This document shows, one piece after another, positions 51,679 to 64,000 of a stretch of 64,000 bases of DNA. Source of the DNA: Hemiscyllium ocellatum (lineage: Eukaryota); the NCBI RefSeq assembly GCF_020745735.1, contig NC_083424.1:48470999-48534998 (forward strand), read 5' to 3'. The notes under the pieces were generated by a model that saw nothing but the letters and a program-made list of their open reading frames with translations, was not told the origin of the DNA and made no database searches. The first letter of the stretch is position 1. Each line of letters opens with the position of its first letter. The position numbers were made by a program, and so were the translations under genes.

Positions 51679-51828
51679 TTAAAAATCACACAACACCAGG
51701 TTATAGTCCAACAAGTTTAATTGGATGCACTAGCTTTCGGAGCGCCGCTGATAAAGTAGCGGCGCTCCGAAAGCTATTGCTTCCAATTAAACCTGTTGGA
51801 CTATAACCTGGTGTTGTGTGATTTTTAA
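51679..51828. repeat. Near-perfect 150-bp hairpin, Penelope-derived, second hammerhead family
   Basis: ttaaaaatcacacaacaccaggttatagtccaac...gttggactataacctggtgttgtgtgatttttaa, central CTGATAA..GGCGCTCC GAAA GCTA. Confidence 0.75.
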
Positions 51829-52199
51829 GTTAATTCCTATAAACAAAGCAACTGCCCCAAAAATGGTTGATCTGCAATTCTTCACACATTATGGAATATC
51901 CAGCAAATGTTGTCCACTTGCAACTTTACATCCAATGTTAGACTGTGATTTGGAATTTGGAAGCATGGGCTGATTGGGTATAATCTGTACCTTACTTGTT
52001 GCAAACAGCCGAGAGGATCTGTTGTTTAATACCACCCACCATTCGTCGAGATGTATGAGCAATATACTTGAAATCTGGTGAAATGTTTCGACAATTTTTT
52101 TCCCAGAAATACTCAAGTTCTGTGTTACTACATGAGTTATAATTTTGCCATCATTTTGACAGCAAAGAGAATGAGTTTTCAAATGTAGGTTTAAAGGCA

Positions 52200-54090
52200 G
52201 TTTAGTTTCAGAAAGAAAATGGGGGATTTAACCTTCTCTATACACTGAGCTTCCTTCACTAGATACTTGCTATTGTAGATTCTTAAGAGGGTTGACAGAG
52301 TGAATTTGAGAGGACATTTCCTCTCTTACGACAGTTTTGAATTGGCGATATTGTTTCAGAAGAAAGAGGTGTTAATTTAAGACAGATGAGAAGAGAAATT
52401 TAGTTCCTCAGAGGAGGAATTGGAACTCATTGCTACAGAGAACTAAGGGAGCAGAGTCCTTATGTCTGTATAAGGCTGAGATAGATAAATTCTGGATCAT
52501 TCAGGGAATCAATTGTAGTGGAGAAAATGTAGGAAAGTGAATGTGAAATATTTTGGATCAGCCATAATCCTATTGAATAGTGGAACAGTGGCAAAAGGCT
52601 GAACGGCCTACACCTATTTCTGTTTCTTCTGAGCTCATCTTTTTGAGCTGTTTCAATTGTTTCATTGATCAATATTCCAGAATTACTTTCTTGTTCTGAT
52701 TCAACTGGCTTTGAATGATTCCAGAATTATCATCACTATGTCTTAATCTCACTTCCGCATATTGAGCACTTTATTTTTTCAGAAGGATATCACCTTGGTT
52801 TTATTCCTGGATTTCCCATGTATCCTTTTCCGTTTGCATCCCCATTTCTTATTCGCGTTTTAAGTGAAGGTATTTTGTTTTTGCCTTCTTGTAGAAGTTA
52901 GCAGCATTATTGTCTCTTTGCTGGAACGGTTGCTGAGCTGATCCTATGATAATTTCTTCCACATTCATGATATTTATTTTTAATCCAATATTTATTCAAT
53001 TTTCATCTTGAGGTGCCAATAATCTCTCCTTCAAATGTGATGCAATGAAGCAATCCATACTCCATTAATTATCTGAGCAAATAATTTCATACTAACTTCT
53101 GACTTTCTTATTTCCTTCACGACCAGTTTAAATGGAAGTCTCTTGTCACTGAGACCTGAATGACAGAAATAGCGTTTCTCAATTTATAATGTCAAAATAT
53201 AAATCAAACTTTAGTAAAGCTCTTTGTTGCTTTGGTGTTGCGGCTCCAAATCTCCACTCCATTATCAATGAACTGGCTTTAAAGAAGAAAGTAAAACTAT
53301 ATTTACAGATGATTTCTATTAATTCCTATCATTAGAAATAGTACCAGGAGTAGGCCGTCCATCCCTTGAGCCAGCCTTGCCATTCAGAAGGGTCACGGCT
53401 GATTTGACATTCAGCACATCCACTTTTCTGCATTCCCCCCAAACCCGTGATTCCCCTGCTCATCAATAATATATCTATCTCAGTCTTATATTAAATTCTC
53501 CCCCATTCCTCCCACAGGACACTGTAGCAAGCAGTTCCAAAGTCTCACAATACTCATGTCATCTTAGGTTGTCTCCCTTGTATTCTGAGATTATGTCCTC
53601 TGGTCCGAGACTCTCCCATAACAGGAAACATCTGCTCAGTATTTAACCGTCAAAGCCCTTAAGAATCCAATTCGCGATTTGCTCATAAGAAAATTCCCTC
53701 ATACTGAGAATCTTCCTAGTCAGATAAACAGAAATTGATGGAGAAATTCAGCATCTGTGGAGAGAAAATAGAGTTAATGTTTTTGGTCCAGTGACATTTC
53801 TTTGTCCCAGTGAACTTTATCTGAATTGACATATTTCCTTACATAAGGGGAACAAAACTGCTTATTGTACTCCAACTGTGCTCTCACGATCATCTCATAA
53901 AGTCTCAGTAAGATTCCCTGACACTTGTATTCCAATCGCTTTGAAATAAGGGATAGTAATCCATTACCTTTACTGATTACTTGCTGCACATGTGCACAAG
54001 TCTTCTGTGATATGTGTATCAATGCACCCAAGTCCCTTGTGTTGCAGCTTTCTGCAGTTGTCCATTTAAGTAACAAAGCAATATACATAT
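52200..54090. mobile_element. Scattered CR1 3' fragments (+ about 52200-52640; - about 53330-53700 and 53760-54090)
   Basis: ORF 53774 (DLGALIH..LLRLYEMIVRAQLEY) and characteristic tails. Confidence 0.6.
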
Positions 54091-54224
54091 GAACTATTGC
54101 TAATCAACTGTTCCAATCTAGCAATTTCCCAAAAACACACCTTTGGCAAAGGCAAGTTCAGTAAAATAGATTGTCTCACATCCAATTCTCAAGTAGGAGG
54201 AAAAACATTAAGAGAAAACTCAGA

Positions 54225-54246
54225 GAGAGAGAGAGAGAGAGAGAGA
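54225..54246. repeat. (GA)n microsatellite
   Basis: Direct inspection. Confidence 0.85.
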
Positions 54247-54915
54247 AACACGAGAGATGTACTGCAGCTTCTAAACCTGGCTTCAAGATCCCAACAACTG
54301 CCACTGAAGGCTAAAACTATAAATAATATTTTGGTTCTTTAGGAGCTTGACCCAACCATTTCAGGTTGCTTCTGTTGTTCCAACTTTAAAAACAACCAAA
54401 GATCTCACAAGGTTCAGTAAAAGAAGGCATGGAGTACATTAAGGCCAAATAAAGGGATTTTCACATAGAGGCACAGGGCATAGCTGAGACGTTCACATTT
54501 GTTTACAAAGGAAGAAGATAACGGTGAAAGAGAAGATAATTCAGACACTTAAAATGGTTCAGAATCAATAAAAAGGGGAAATTGAATAGGCAGACTATTA
54601 TGAACTTTAATATTGCACTGGAACAGTAATGATATATTCAAAGATAATGAAGGAAGTGAGAATCAAAATTGCTGAAGTTCTCGTCATTTCAGTGTGTCTT
54701 GGTGTTCAATGGCTGAAGAATCAGAAATGTTCAAAATGGTTGTAAAACTAAGCCTGACACAGGCCATTCGTTATCCACCGCCAGCTCCTCTGTTGTATGG
54801 ATTTCTCTCTGCACTGCAAACCCATTTTCAACTATTCACATTTTTTGCAACATCATACACAGCAGTTAGCACTCACTTGGCTTATCCTCAGCTATCTCTT
54901 TAGTGCTTGGATCTT

Positions 54916-54957
54916 TTCTCTCTCTGTCTCTCTCTCTGTCTCTCTCTCTCTCTGTCT
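54916..54957. repeat. Imperfect (CT)n microsatellite
   Basis: Direct inspection. Confidence 0.8.
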
Positions 54958-55140
54958 GTGTGCTCTATCCCCATGTACTCAATTTCCAACTTCCACCCTC
55001 ACCCCATCATCAGCATTAATACCACCCTATTCCCTTTCCCTTGTTCTCATGCATGAGCTACAAAAGATTAGAGTGCATGGACAGCACATAATCAAGAAGG
55101 CTGATGAGATGCTATCCTTTTTATGAGATTTTTAAAAAAT

Positions 55141-57350
55141 TCATTTGTGGGACTTGGGCATTGCTGGTTTGCCAGCATTGATAGCCCATACCTTTTTGCC
55201 CATAAGAAGGTGATGGTGAGATGCCTTTTTGAATAATTGCAGTCCACTTGCAGTGGATTGACACATTATTCCAGTAAGGAGGGAGTTCCAGGATTTTGAC
55301 CCAATGATGGTGAAGGAATGGTGGTATATTACCAAGTCAGGGTGATGAGTGGCTTGGAGGGGAGCTTGCTGGTGTATTGTTCCCAAGTACCTTCTCCCTT
55401 TATCCTACTAGGTGGAAGTGATCATGGATTTGGAAGGTGCTGTCTAAGAATCTTTGGTGAATTTCTGCAGTGCATCTTGTAGACAGAACACACTGCTGCT
55501 ACTGAGCACCGGTGATGGAAGAATTGAATGCTTGTAGATGTGGTGCCAACCAAGTGGTTTGCTTTGTCCTGGATGGTGTCAAGTATCTTGAGTGTTGATG
55601 GAGCTGCACCCAAACAGGCAAGTGAGGAGTATTCCATCACACTCCTGACTTGTGCCTTTAAGTGGTAGATAGACTTTGGGTGTCAGGAGGTAAGTTACTC
55701 ACTGCCACATCCATAGTCTCTGACTTGCTCTTGCAGCTACTGTGTTTATGTGGTGAATCCATGTGATTTTCTGGTCTATGATAACCCCAAGAATGTTAAC
55801 AGTGGGGGATTCAGTGATGGTAATACCATTGAATGTCAAGGGGCAATGGTTAGAATGTCTCTTATTAGTGATGGTCATTGTCTGACATTTGTGTGGCATG
55901 AATGTTCCTTCCCACTTGTCAGCCCAAGCCTGGATATTGCCTAGATCTTGTTGCATTTGTGCATGGACTGCTTCAGTATCTGAGGAGTGGTGAATGGTGC
56001 TGAACACTGTGCAATTGTTGATGAACATCCCGACTTCTAACCTTATGACAGAGGGAAGGTCAACAACGAAGCAGCTGAAGATTGCTGGGCCTAGGACACA
56101 GCCCTGAGGCATTCCTGCAGAGATGTCCTGGAGTTGAGACGAGTGAGCCTCCACAACCACAACCATCTTCATTTGCGGCAGGTATGACTCCAACCAGAAG
56201 AATCTTTTCCTCCCCATACCCATTGATTCCAGTCTTGCCAGGGTTCCTTGATGCCATACTGGGCAAATGTACCCTTAATATCAAGGGCTGTCACTCTCAC
56301 CTCGCCTCTGGTATTCAACTCTTTGTCCATGCTTGAATCAAGGCTGTAATGAGATCAGGAGCTGACTGACCCTGATGAAACCCAAAATGGGGGTCACTGA
56401 ACAGGTTCTTGCTGAGCAGGTGCTGCTTAATAGGACTGTTGATGACCCCTACCATCATTTACTGTTTGGGTGGTAATTGGCTGGATTGGATTTGTCCTGC
56501 TTTTTTGTGTACAGGACATTCCTGGGCAATTTTCCACATTGTCAGGTAAATGCCAGTGTTGTAATTTAACTAGAAGCGTTTGGCTAGGGGAGTGGCAAGT
56601 ACTGGAGCACATTTATTCAGTACTATTGCTGGAATGTTATCAGGGCCCATTGCTTTTGCTGTATGCAGTACTTCCTTGGTATCACGTGGAATGAATCAAA
56701 TTGTCTGGAGACTGGTATCTGTGATACTGGGGACCAGTGGACGAGTCCAAGATGGATCATCCACTTGGCACTTCTGACTGAAGATTTTTGCAATTATTGA
56801 ACATACAATTAAGGGTAGGTGTTGCTGGAGAATTTCAGAATCTCTGACAGCATGTGTGGAGAGATAACTGAGTTAACATTTCAGGTCAGAAGAATCTGTC
56901 ATCTGATGAACGGTTATTGGACTTGAAATGACACTTCTTATTTTCTCTCAGGATGGTGAATGACTTGGGAAGCAATTTGCAGGTGGTCGTGTTCCCAAAC
57001 ATCTGCAGTCCTCATCCTTCTTAGTTTGGTGGAAGTAGTCATGAGTTTGGAAGTTAATCTCTGAGCAGACTTGGTGAATTTCTGCAGTGCAGCTTGAAGA
57101 TGCAACACATTTCTGCAACTGAGCATAGGTGGTGGAAGGAGAAGGTGTAGAGCCAATAATGGTGGCATCCTTTGGCCTGCATAGTGTCAAGTGCGTCATT
57201 GGAGTTGCACTCTTCCAAGCAAGATGGGAGTATTCCACCGTGCTCGTTCTTGTGCCTTGTGGCCAAGCTGTGGGGAGTCAGGAGGTGAGTTACTCTTAGC
57301 CTCTAATCTGTTGTTGCAGCCATTGTAATTATATAGTCCCGTTCAGTTTT
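55141..57350 (-). mobile_element. L2/Crack-like LINE fragments (RT), two partial copies
   Basis: ORF 55699-56223 (WLESYL..SAGMPQGCVLGP..MQQDLGNIQAWADKW..ILGVIIDQKITW). The 3' region recurs at about 56950-57330. Confidence 0.8.
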
Positions 57351-57589
57351 TGGTCAATTTTGTTTTTATTTCAAAAATATTCCTGATTCATAATAGAATC
57401 GTTACATTGTTTACGTAGTCACTCGAGCTGTTTGACTCTGTATTATTTACATATGGAGAATTGATAAATGTTGGAGTGTGACCTTGCTGGTAGTTACAGC
57501 GAATAAGACCAAGGGATTTCCTAACTATGTGAGGTACTATTTATATATATTAGAGGCATCGGGAGAGTCCAGTAACTGAGTGGACCCCC

Positions 57590-58300
57590 TCTCATTGTAC
57601 TTTGGCCAAAAAACCTCACTCAGTGTTCTTCTCCTATTGTGCCTTTGCATCGGTTGCCCCAAGCTTCAGTGCATCCCTCAGCACATAGTCCTGGACCTTG
57701 GAGTGTACAACATTCAGTCAAGGTCGCCTTATTGGAGAACCAACCAGTTTGGAACAGAGCAAAGAGTGTCTTTCACAGAGTTTATAGTCTTCCATGTACA
57801 GTTGATGTTTGTCTCGGTGTATGTCCCAGGGAATAGATGATAGAGTACAGAGTCCTGTTTCATGCAGTGGCTTGGGATAGACTCCGACAAAAATCAGTGC
57901 AGCTCTCTCAGATCTTCTTTGAAAAGGCATATTCCAATAAGAGAGGTGTGACAGACCCCCCCCCCCCCCCGCCCACTCCCTCAGCTGACTCAAAGGCAGC
58001 TGGCAGCGACACACACAATGCAGGCACACATGAAAGAGCTAACAAACAATGCTCTTCTCACTACCAGCCATTTGATGTCTTAGTGCTTATTGGAAAGTTA
58101 TGGCAATGAGCATTCTGCCAAATGACTTTGACAGTCTGCTCAGGGAATCACCCAACAGGATCCACCTCCTTTTCCTAAGGGGTCTCCAGGTTGCTAGCTG
58201 CTGACAATTTCCTGATAAATTTGTGGTCTGGGGTGTTATTATTTGTGAATTTCTCCATGAAGGACAGGTGATGCACAACGATCCAACTATTTGGTATGTT
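57590..58300 (-). mobile_element. L1/Tx1-clade LINE ORF2 C-terminal fragment
   Basis: - strand reads VQDYVLRDALKLG and EVDPVG*FPEQTVKVIWQNA, typical of fish/shark Tx1-like elements. Confidence 0.65.
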
Positions 58301-61300
58301 CTATGGTTCAGAGGCCAGACCCATTCTATCTAACACAGGGACAGGTAGAACTTCAGTATATAGTGACACTTGGTATTTGTCATAGAGTCATAGAGATGTA
58401 CAGCATGGAAACAGACCCTTCACAAAGATGGCCACTAGGATGAGGGAGACTTTGGGTACATGCTTATGTCCTTTTCCAGAATTTTTTGCATGGACACCTT
58501 GAAAGTGCACATTTTTTCCAAAATTCACTGATATGTCAACATCTGAAGGACAGTCTCAAAGCAACACCAGGTGACTGAATTCTAAGCCGACCATAGGGTT
58601 CTTGTGCTGCAGTGGTAGTCTCAAGTTCCACCTAGTCCAGAGGTGCGTAGCATCACGTCCGAACCAGTCATGAGAATTTATCGCGGGCATCTTTCACGCT
58701 GTGTCATACATCATTCCAGCACCAGAGGGCAATATTGCGCCACATACATTTGTTTCACAGCGAACGGAACGCTCTTTCTCAACAGAAATTTCTAACCGGA
58801 ACATTCGACGATGAATTAAAGCCTATTTCAATCAAAATATAAATAAATAAAGACATTTGTATTCAAATTAACCATCATTATTCACATAAGACCTTAATGC
58901 CTCATTTTTAAAATCACGTTCCTACTGCTTATTTGCATGAGAGGGAGATAATCTTGGGTTTCCGCAAAGACCGTCCACCCGGTCCGCCACGCTGCTCCAG
59001 CCTCGTGACCGCACATTACTCGGAAGGAAGGTCAGCGGTGAACATAGCATCTGATCCCCTGCTGCACGTCGCCTCCACTGTTGTTTTCCCTATGACTAGC
59101 TACCGCCGCCTATATTTCTCCCTCTGTACCCTTCGTATTTCTGTTCCTTCCAGGTATTCCGGTGAAGCATAAACAGTGAAAAGCAGGCAGTGCCATCTCA
59201 TCGACATCAGTAGTTGAATATTTGCCTTTTAGCACGCAGTACCCCGATTATCAGACAGTTCGACAGCCCAGATTCAGGGTAATTTGCGAAAAGAAAACAG
59301 CAGAGCGTGTAGAAGGAGGAGAAATAAGGAACGAATATTTTTCTATGATCGCAAATGTGCTGGCTAACAGATGGTGAAGGAGCATCCAATATTAACTTAA
59401 AGAGGACAATAGCCAAATACCTGAACGTAGGGGATATGGGAGGAAATGGATAAACAGAGGAGCTGGGGCTCTAACTGGATAGCTCTTTCACAGAGCCGAG
59501 ACATGGAAGATGAGCGAATTGGGCTCCCTCTGCCCAGAATCACTGCATGATCAAATATTCCTTGAGAAATTACCTTCTACAATGACATGCCATGACTGTG
59601 CAATGATAATGCAATATGTGTTACAAAGACGGTTAACGTGGCAAATTAAAATTGACAGAGTCATTCAGAATTTCACCCCCAGAAGGGTCGCCACTCATGT
59701 TGGTTAACTGTTGCCAGAAACGGAGACCCGTTGCTGTGTTACTTCGGCATTAATCAGAATGGGAGACATTTGGAATTCCATTAACACCTGGTCAACACAA
59801 TGGGCCCTCCCAAAAGTGTAGGCTTTCAAATCTTCTGAGAAAACCTCCGGGACGGCCAAAAGGATACACAGGAACTGTCAGTATCATTTACTTTACTCTC
59901 TGGAGCAAGGATTCATTGAAGTTAGCATAGCATCCACCTTAAATTTTGATCTGTATCAGACAGATACAGATTTTAGTCAGACTTCCAAGAAGAACTGTGA
60001 GAGACACCGTCCGGGGGACACATCAGGGAGAGACCTGGGTCTCAACAGGGAATCGAAGGAAGGTAATCCAATGAAAGGATTGTTGTACTGAATCAGGCTA
60101 CTAAAGGTCATAGTGTGCAATGCCAGAAAGCAAGATCAAGGAGCCTGCACTTCGGCCCAAAAATTGATCTGTTCAGTGAATCAATGGGAGAAGCTTCCGA
60201 CTATTCAACAACAGAAGGCATTGCATTTGGTGATCACTTTTCCTAAGCTTTCTCCCCAGAAAGAGCAACCTACAAACTAAGAACATATCTGTAACATAAC
60301 AGATTGGCCTTACTTTTATCCTATAAGTATCTTCTGAGCTGTACATACATTTATACCATTGTTCCAGAATTTTGTCAATAGCTATTACATTTTACGAAGT
60401 AACTTCAAGCACCCGTTTGCTCATTACGTGATCACTGTCTTGTTTTGTTAAATTTAAAATATATATATATATATTTTCCCCCGGTTCATTTTTTTTTCTT
60501 TTCCCAGCACCCATGTTGTGTGTATGCAGATGTGAGACAGTGAAAGACAATAGGTGCTCAAATCTTTATTCAGTTTCCACCACCAGGAATGGCCAGTGAC
60601 AAGCAGTACCCTTCTCAAAGGGCAATGCTGCGTGATCAAATAGTGAGGGAGAGGGTAGGGATCAAATCAAAATAGAGTTGAAGGGGAAGATAATACACTC
60701 CACTCCCACCACTATCTTGTTTGGTTTTAAAGCTTTGCTGCTATTCGTTATTTTATAATTGAAACATTCGAAGAAACTAATTTGGGTTGAATGAGCTGCA
60801 CAAACTTGCTGGTCTCTGAACACGCTGCAGATATGCCTGTTGTAGTCATTGTAGATATAATCTTTCGTTCTTCCTCTTCTGCATGCCTTTCAGTTGGACA
60901 ATAGAAATATTACTTCTTTCAGTTGTTCGTAGACATTATATTCGTGTCATAAATTATCATGGGGTTATCGAAATAGTAAGAGTTCGAAACAGTCAATTCA
61001 GATGTTTATTGGGCCCGTTCTGGACTCTACAGAAGAATCCACCTGGTCACTTTCCCCCAACCTCTTCCCCTTGTCCTGAAAATTTCTGACTCGTTGGTAC
61101 ATAGCTAAATTCCTTTGAAGGTATTGACTGTTCTCATTCTCACCTCTTCATTGGCATGATCACTCACACATAGAAAAACCTCTTTAATCACATCTTCGCT
61201 TTAGATCTTACCACAACCTCTAAAGTTGTGTTCTCTACTTTTTTTGTATCATCAAGTAACGGCGACAATCATCATTTGTCTACGTAATCTAAACTTGCCA

Positions 61301-62704
61301 TTATCCTGTACATTTTCGTGTACAAATCGCATCTCTTCTCAGTTTCTGAACTCGATGAGACCCAATAATCCGTCTGTTTTTCGGGGATGGGCAGCAAATG
61401 CCGGCAGTGCCACCGAGGTCTAAATCCCTCAGGGTAATAAAACATACCTTAATATGACCCTAATATTAAACCGCCAGGGGGCAGATCTGGGAATTCTGAG
61501 GCGGTCTGGAAGAGCTGGCAGTGCACATCAATGTCACAGGCAATTTCCAGCGGGGTTACTTCCTAATTGTAGACTTGCAGAGAATTATAACTTTTTCATA
61601 CTTTAACCACTGCTTTACAAGAAACTATCAAATCGAGCAAGGGGGATTGGTATTGTCAACTGAAGGTTGTGAAACATGAGGCAGAGACATGAAACTCTGA
61701 CAGTTCGGTCTCAACACATGATATTCCATTGGGTGATATTTCGTGGTTGCTATCATGGGAACGTTTGTTTGTAAAAATAGGGAAGTAGGAACGAACTTAC
61801 GTTAGTATAGCGCCGATCACGGTCTAGGAACATCCGGGGACACTTCACAGTTGCATCCTGTTTGGAAGAAAAGCCACGATGATGACGGAAGAAACACTGA
61901 GGCTTTTGTTTCTCCCTCAGCAAGGCCTTTCAAACATAGATGATCAGTTAAGTTGTCGAAAGGGAGTTTGGGTGAGGGCTGAGTATTGGCCGGGCCATGT
62001 GGTTTCCAATATAGGTATTTTGAGGGTGCTATTGTGATATTATTGTATAATAGAGATGCATTGGTTTTCAAACAACTACTATTTAGAGGTAATGGGTTTC
62101 TGTTCAATTAGAAGGTGTGACACTGTGATCGCAACGCCATTCCCAAGCAGTGCATTTTGAATGTGCTAGAACAGCCTTCTCAAGGTGTCCAGAATAGATT
62201 ACAATGAAGTGAGGTCTGGGAACATTGTGGGGAGTCTCATGGAGGTGAACAAAGCAACAAAATGGGTTACAAAGCAATGCAACTATGGGGCCAATTTGTA
62301 ACCCTTCCATGAATCGAATGTTTTTGAGTTAAATATTGCAGCACGTTTCCTGTTAGCATTAGTTTATGCCAAATTCCAATGTATTGCTTGTTACATTTAG
62401 TTTAAATACGCGGTTTATTTAGCGCCCTTGTACTTCAATTTGATTGAATTTCCTCTCCAGAATATCCATGCGGGTCTTGCCATGTTAAAAACGAGAATAA
62501 TCTCTTAGGTTAGGGCTTGTTAGCATGGTCAGCCGCAATGGTTGCATTATTAACCTAGATGTCGCACAGCTTAACTAAGTTCTTCAGAAGTTTGCAGAGT
62601 GACATAAAATCTTCAGTATTTGAAAAAATGTGAGACGTTGGTACCGACCTGTATAAGTGGATAATTAATAATTGGATATTCTGAGACTGGTTTCTATTTT
62701 TCAG

Positions 62705-63021
62705 ATCCGCGGGGCTCCGTTCTTCCACTTTTATTGTTTCAAATCACACAGAAGAACACGGTGACCCTGGTGTGTTTGGAGAGCTGTTTTAACTCGGGCG
62801 CAGTGGAGATTGTAGATGGCAGTATCGGGGGAATGGTGTAGAGACCAGTCGAATCCAGTCCTGATGAAGGGCTTTTGCCCGAGACGTCGATTTTCCTGCT
62901 CCTCGGATGCTGTCTCACCTGCTATGCTTTTCCAGCGCCATTCTAATCTAGACTCTGATTTCCAGCATCTGCAGGACTCACTTTTGTCCAGCAGGAGACA
63001 GCCAACACTTTCAGTGTGAGC
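62705..63021 (+). pseudogene. IGL: Decayed, truncated Ig lambda (type II) constant exon
   Basis: Acceptor ttctatttttcag, then (D)PR..VLP..QITQKNTVTLVCL..FNSGAVEI-VDGSI..NGVETSRIQ [insert 62859-62991] QETANTFSVS. Frameshift and deletions; sequence lost after 63021. Confidence 0.85.
62859..62991 (+). mobile_element. Penelope terminal-repeat insertion with mutated hammerhead (GAAA changed to GAGA)
   Basis: CTGATGA AGGGC TTTT GCCC GAGA CGTC. 5-bp duplication TCCAG at 62854-62858 and 62987-62991. Confidence 0.8.
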
Positions 63022-64000
63022 CCAAAGAGCGAATAGATATCATGAAGTCGAGCTGTGCTTGATTGAAACAGCTCATGTTTTGATTATTTTATGCGAGCTG
63101 CAAATTTTCTTTAAAATTAACTATGTTGTAAAGTAGACCATTTCGAACGCGACAGTTTGCAGTTTGTTAGCGGAGTCGAGCTGTGTGCATTTTACAGTAT
63201 GCTCATGCTGACTGGGTCAACATATCAACGTGCAAATACTGGCAGATTAATAAAAATGAGTATTCGTTGTCCCAGCTGTTGCTAGAATTTTCTATGCACG
63301 AAAGATGATGCCACTCAGTAATGTCTAGTTGTGGCGACTCGTGAAGCTTAATTTTTGTAACATTTTGCGCTTTTTATTAGTAATTGCTCTTAGTTAATTA
63401 CTTCCAACATATTTTCAAAGACAGAGCTATCTCTATCTTTTGTGATGCAGTGGCAGCGTCCCTACCTCTGGGTTAGAAGGCCCAGCTTTAATTCCCACCT
63501 GATCATCTCTGCATAGGTTGTTTAGAAAACATCTCCAAGTTAGACCTGGTTAAATCTTATCCTTATGGAATCAGGGGTCAACTTTTTCTCCAGGTTTAGC
63601 AAAGGAATTCACAAACCTTAATACCAATGCTCTGGGCATCAAGGACCACGGTCAGTGCAGTTTTTGGGATTGCAGTTTGTCATAAGATTTGTCTGAATGA
63701 ATTGATCCGACAGGGTGTCGGGTGCACACCAAGAGCAATCAGTTGCGTCAGTAGTGCAGCCAGTGTGGTCACAGAAATCGCTGAAAACAATTTACATGAA
63801 ATGACATTTCCAGCACTTAACCCTATTGGAAAACCTAAAATAACAGATAATTTAAGTAGTAAGCAGTAATTGTTCCTGTATGGTTACAACCCATAAACAT
63901 ATCCTTGAAAAAGGCAAATCCAGAAAAATAGATTGCCCCACATGCAGTTCTCCTGAAATCAGATCCACTATTCCTGGAATTATCACAATTTTGAAATGAT

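Noticed and set aside
62095-62127. RSS-like pair GGTTTCTGT ... CACTGTG upstream of the pseudo-C
   Set aside because: Spacer is 17 bp (not 12 or 23) and no FGxG J coding segment follows.
49000-62700. Search for a V or VJ exon belonging to the pseudo-C
   Set aside because: No WYxQ, YYC or FGxG remnants were recognised by eye on the + strand. A very decayed copy cannot be excluded.

Overview
Vertebrate genomic DNA, almost certainly from a cartilaginous fish (shark). This is inferred from a germline-joined lambda-type Ig light chain gene and the CR1/V-SINE/Penelope repeat complement. The window holds three immune-related elements. (1) A + strand gene of 8 coding exons (10003-17140, about 306 aa, assembled by hand from splice signals and phases). 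It encodes a single V-type Ig domain with CD28/CTLA-4/PD-1-like features, a Cys-Cys stalk, a transmembrane segment and a long tail with one ITSM (TIYATL) followed by two ITIM-type motifs (VEYSTV, MVYSKL). Its last intron requires a GC donor. (2) An intact - strand immunoglobulin lambda-like light chain gene (leader 48527-48572, pre-joined VJ 48026-48370, C 42857-43185) with octamer/TATA promoter and polyA signal. (3) An orphan, decayed + strand C-lambda exon (62705-63021) of the canonical shark lambda (type II) kind, split by a small insertion. Most of the rest is repeat: CR1 LINEs (one near full length and partly inverted), L2/Crack-like and Tx1-like LINE fragments, V-SINEs, a deleted MULE with 9-bp TSD, a solo LTR, and many Penelope-derived pieces. 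The Penelope pieces carry minimal hammerhead ribozyme motifs of at least two sequence families. No prokaryotic features, CRISPR arrays, rRNA or true tRNA genes were seen. Repeat boundaries are approximate unless a TSD is quoted.
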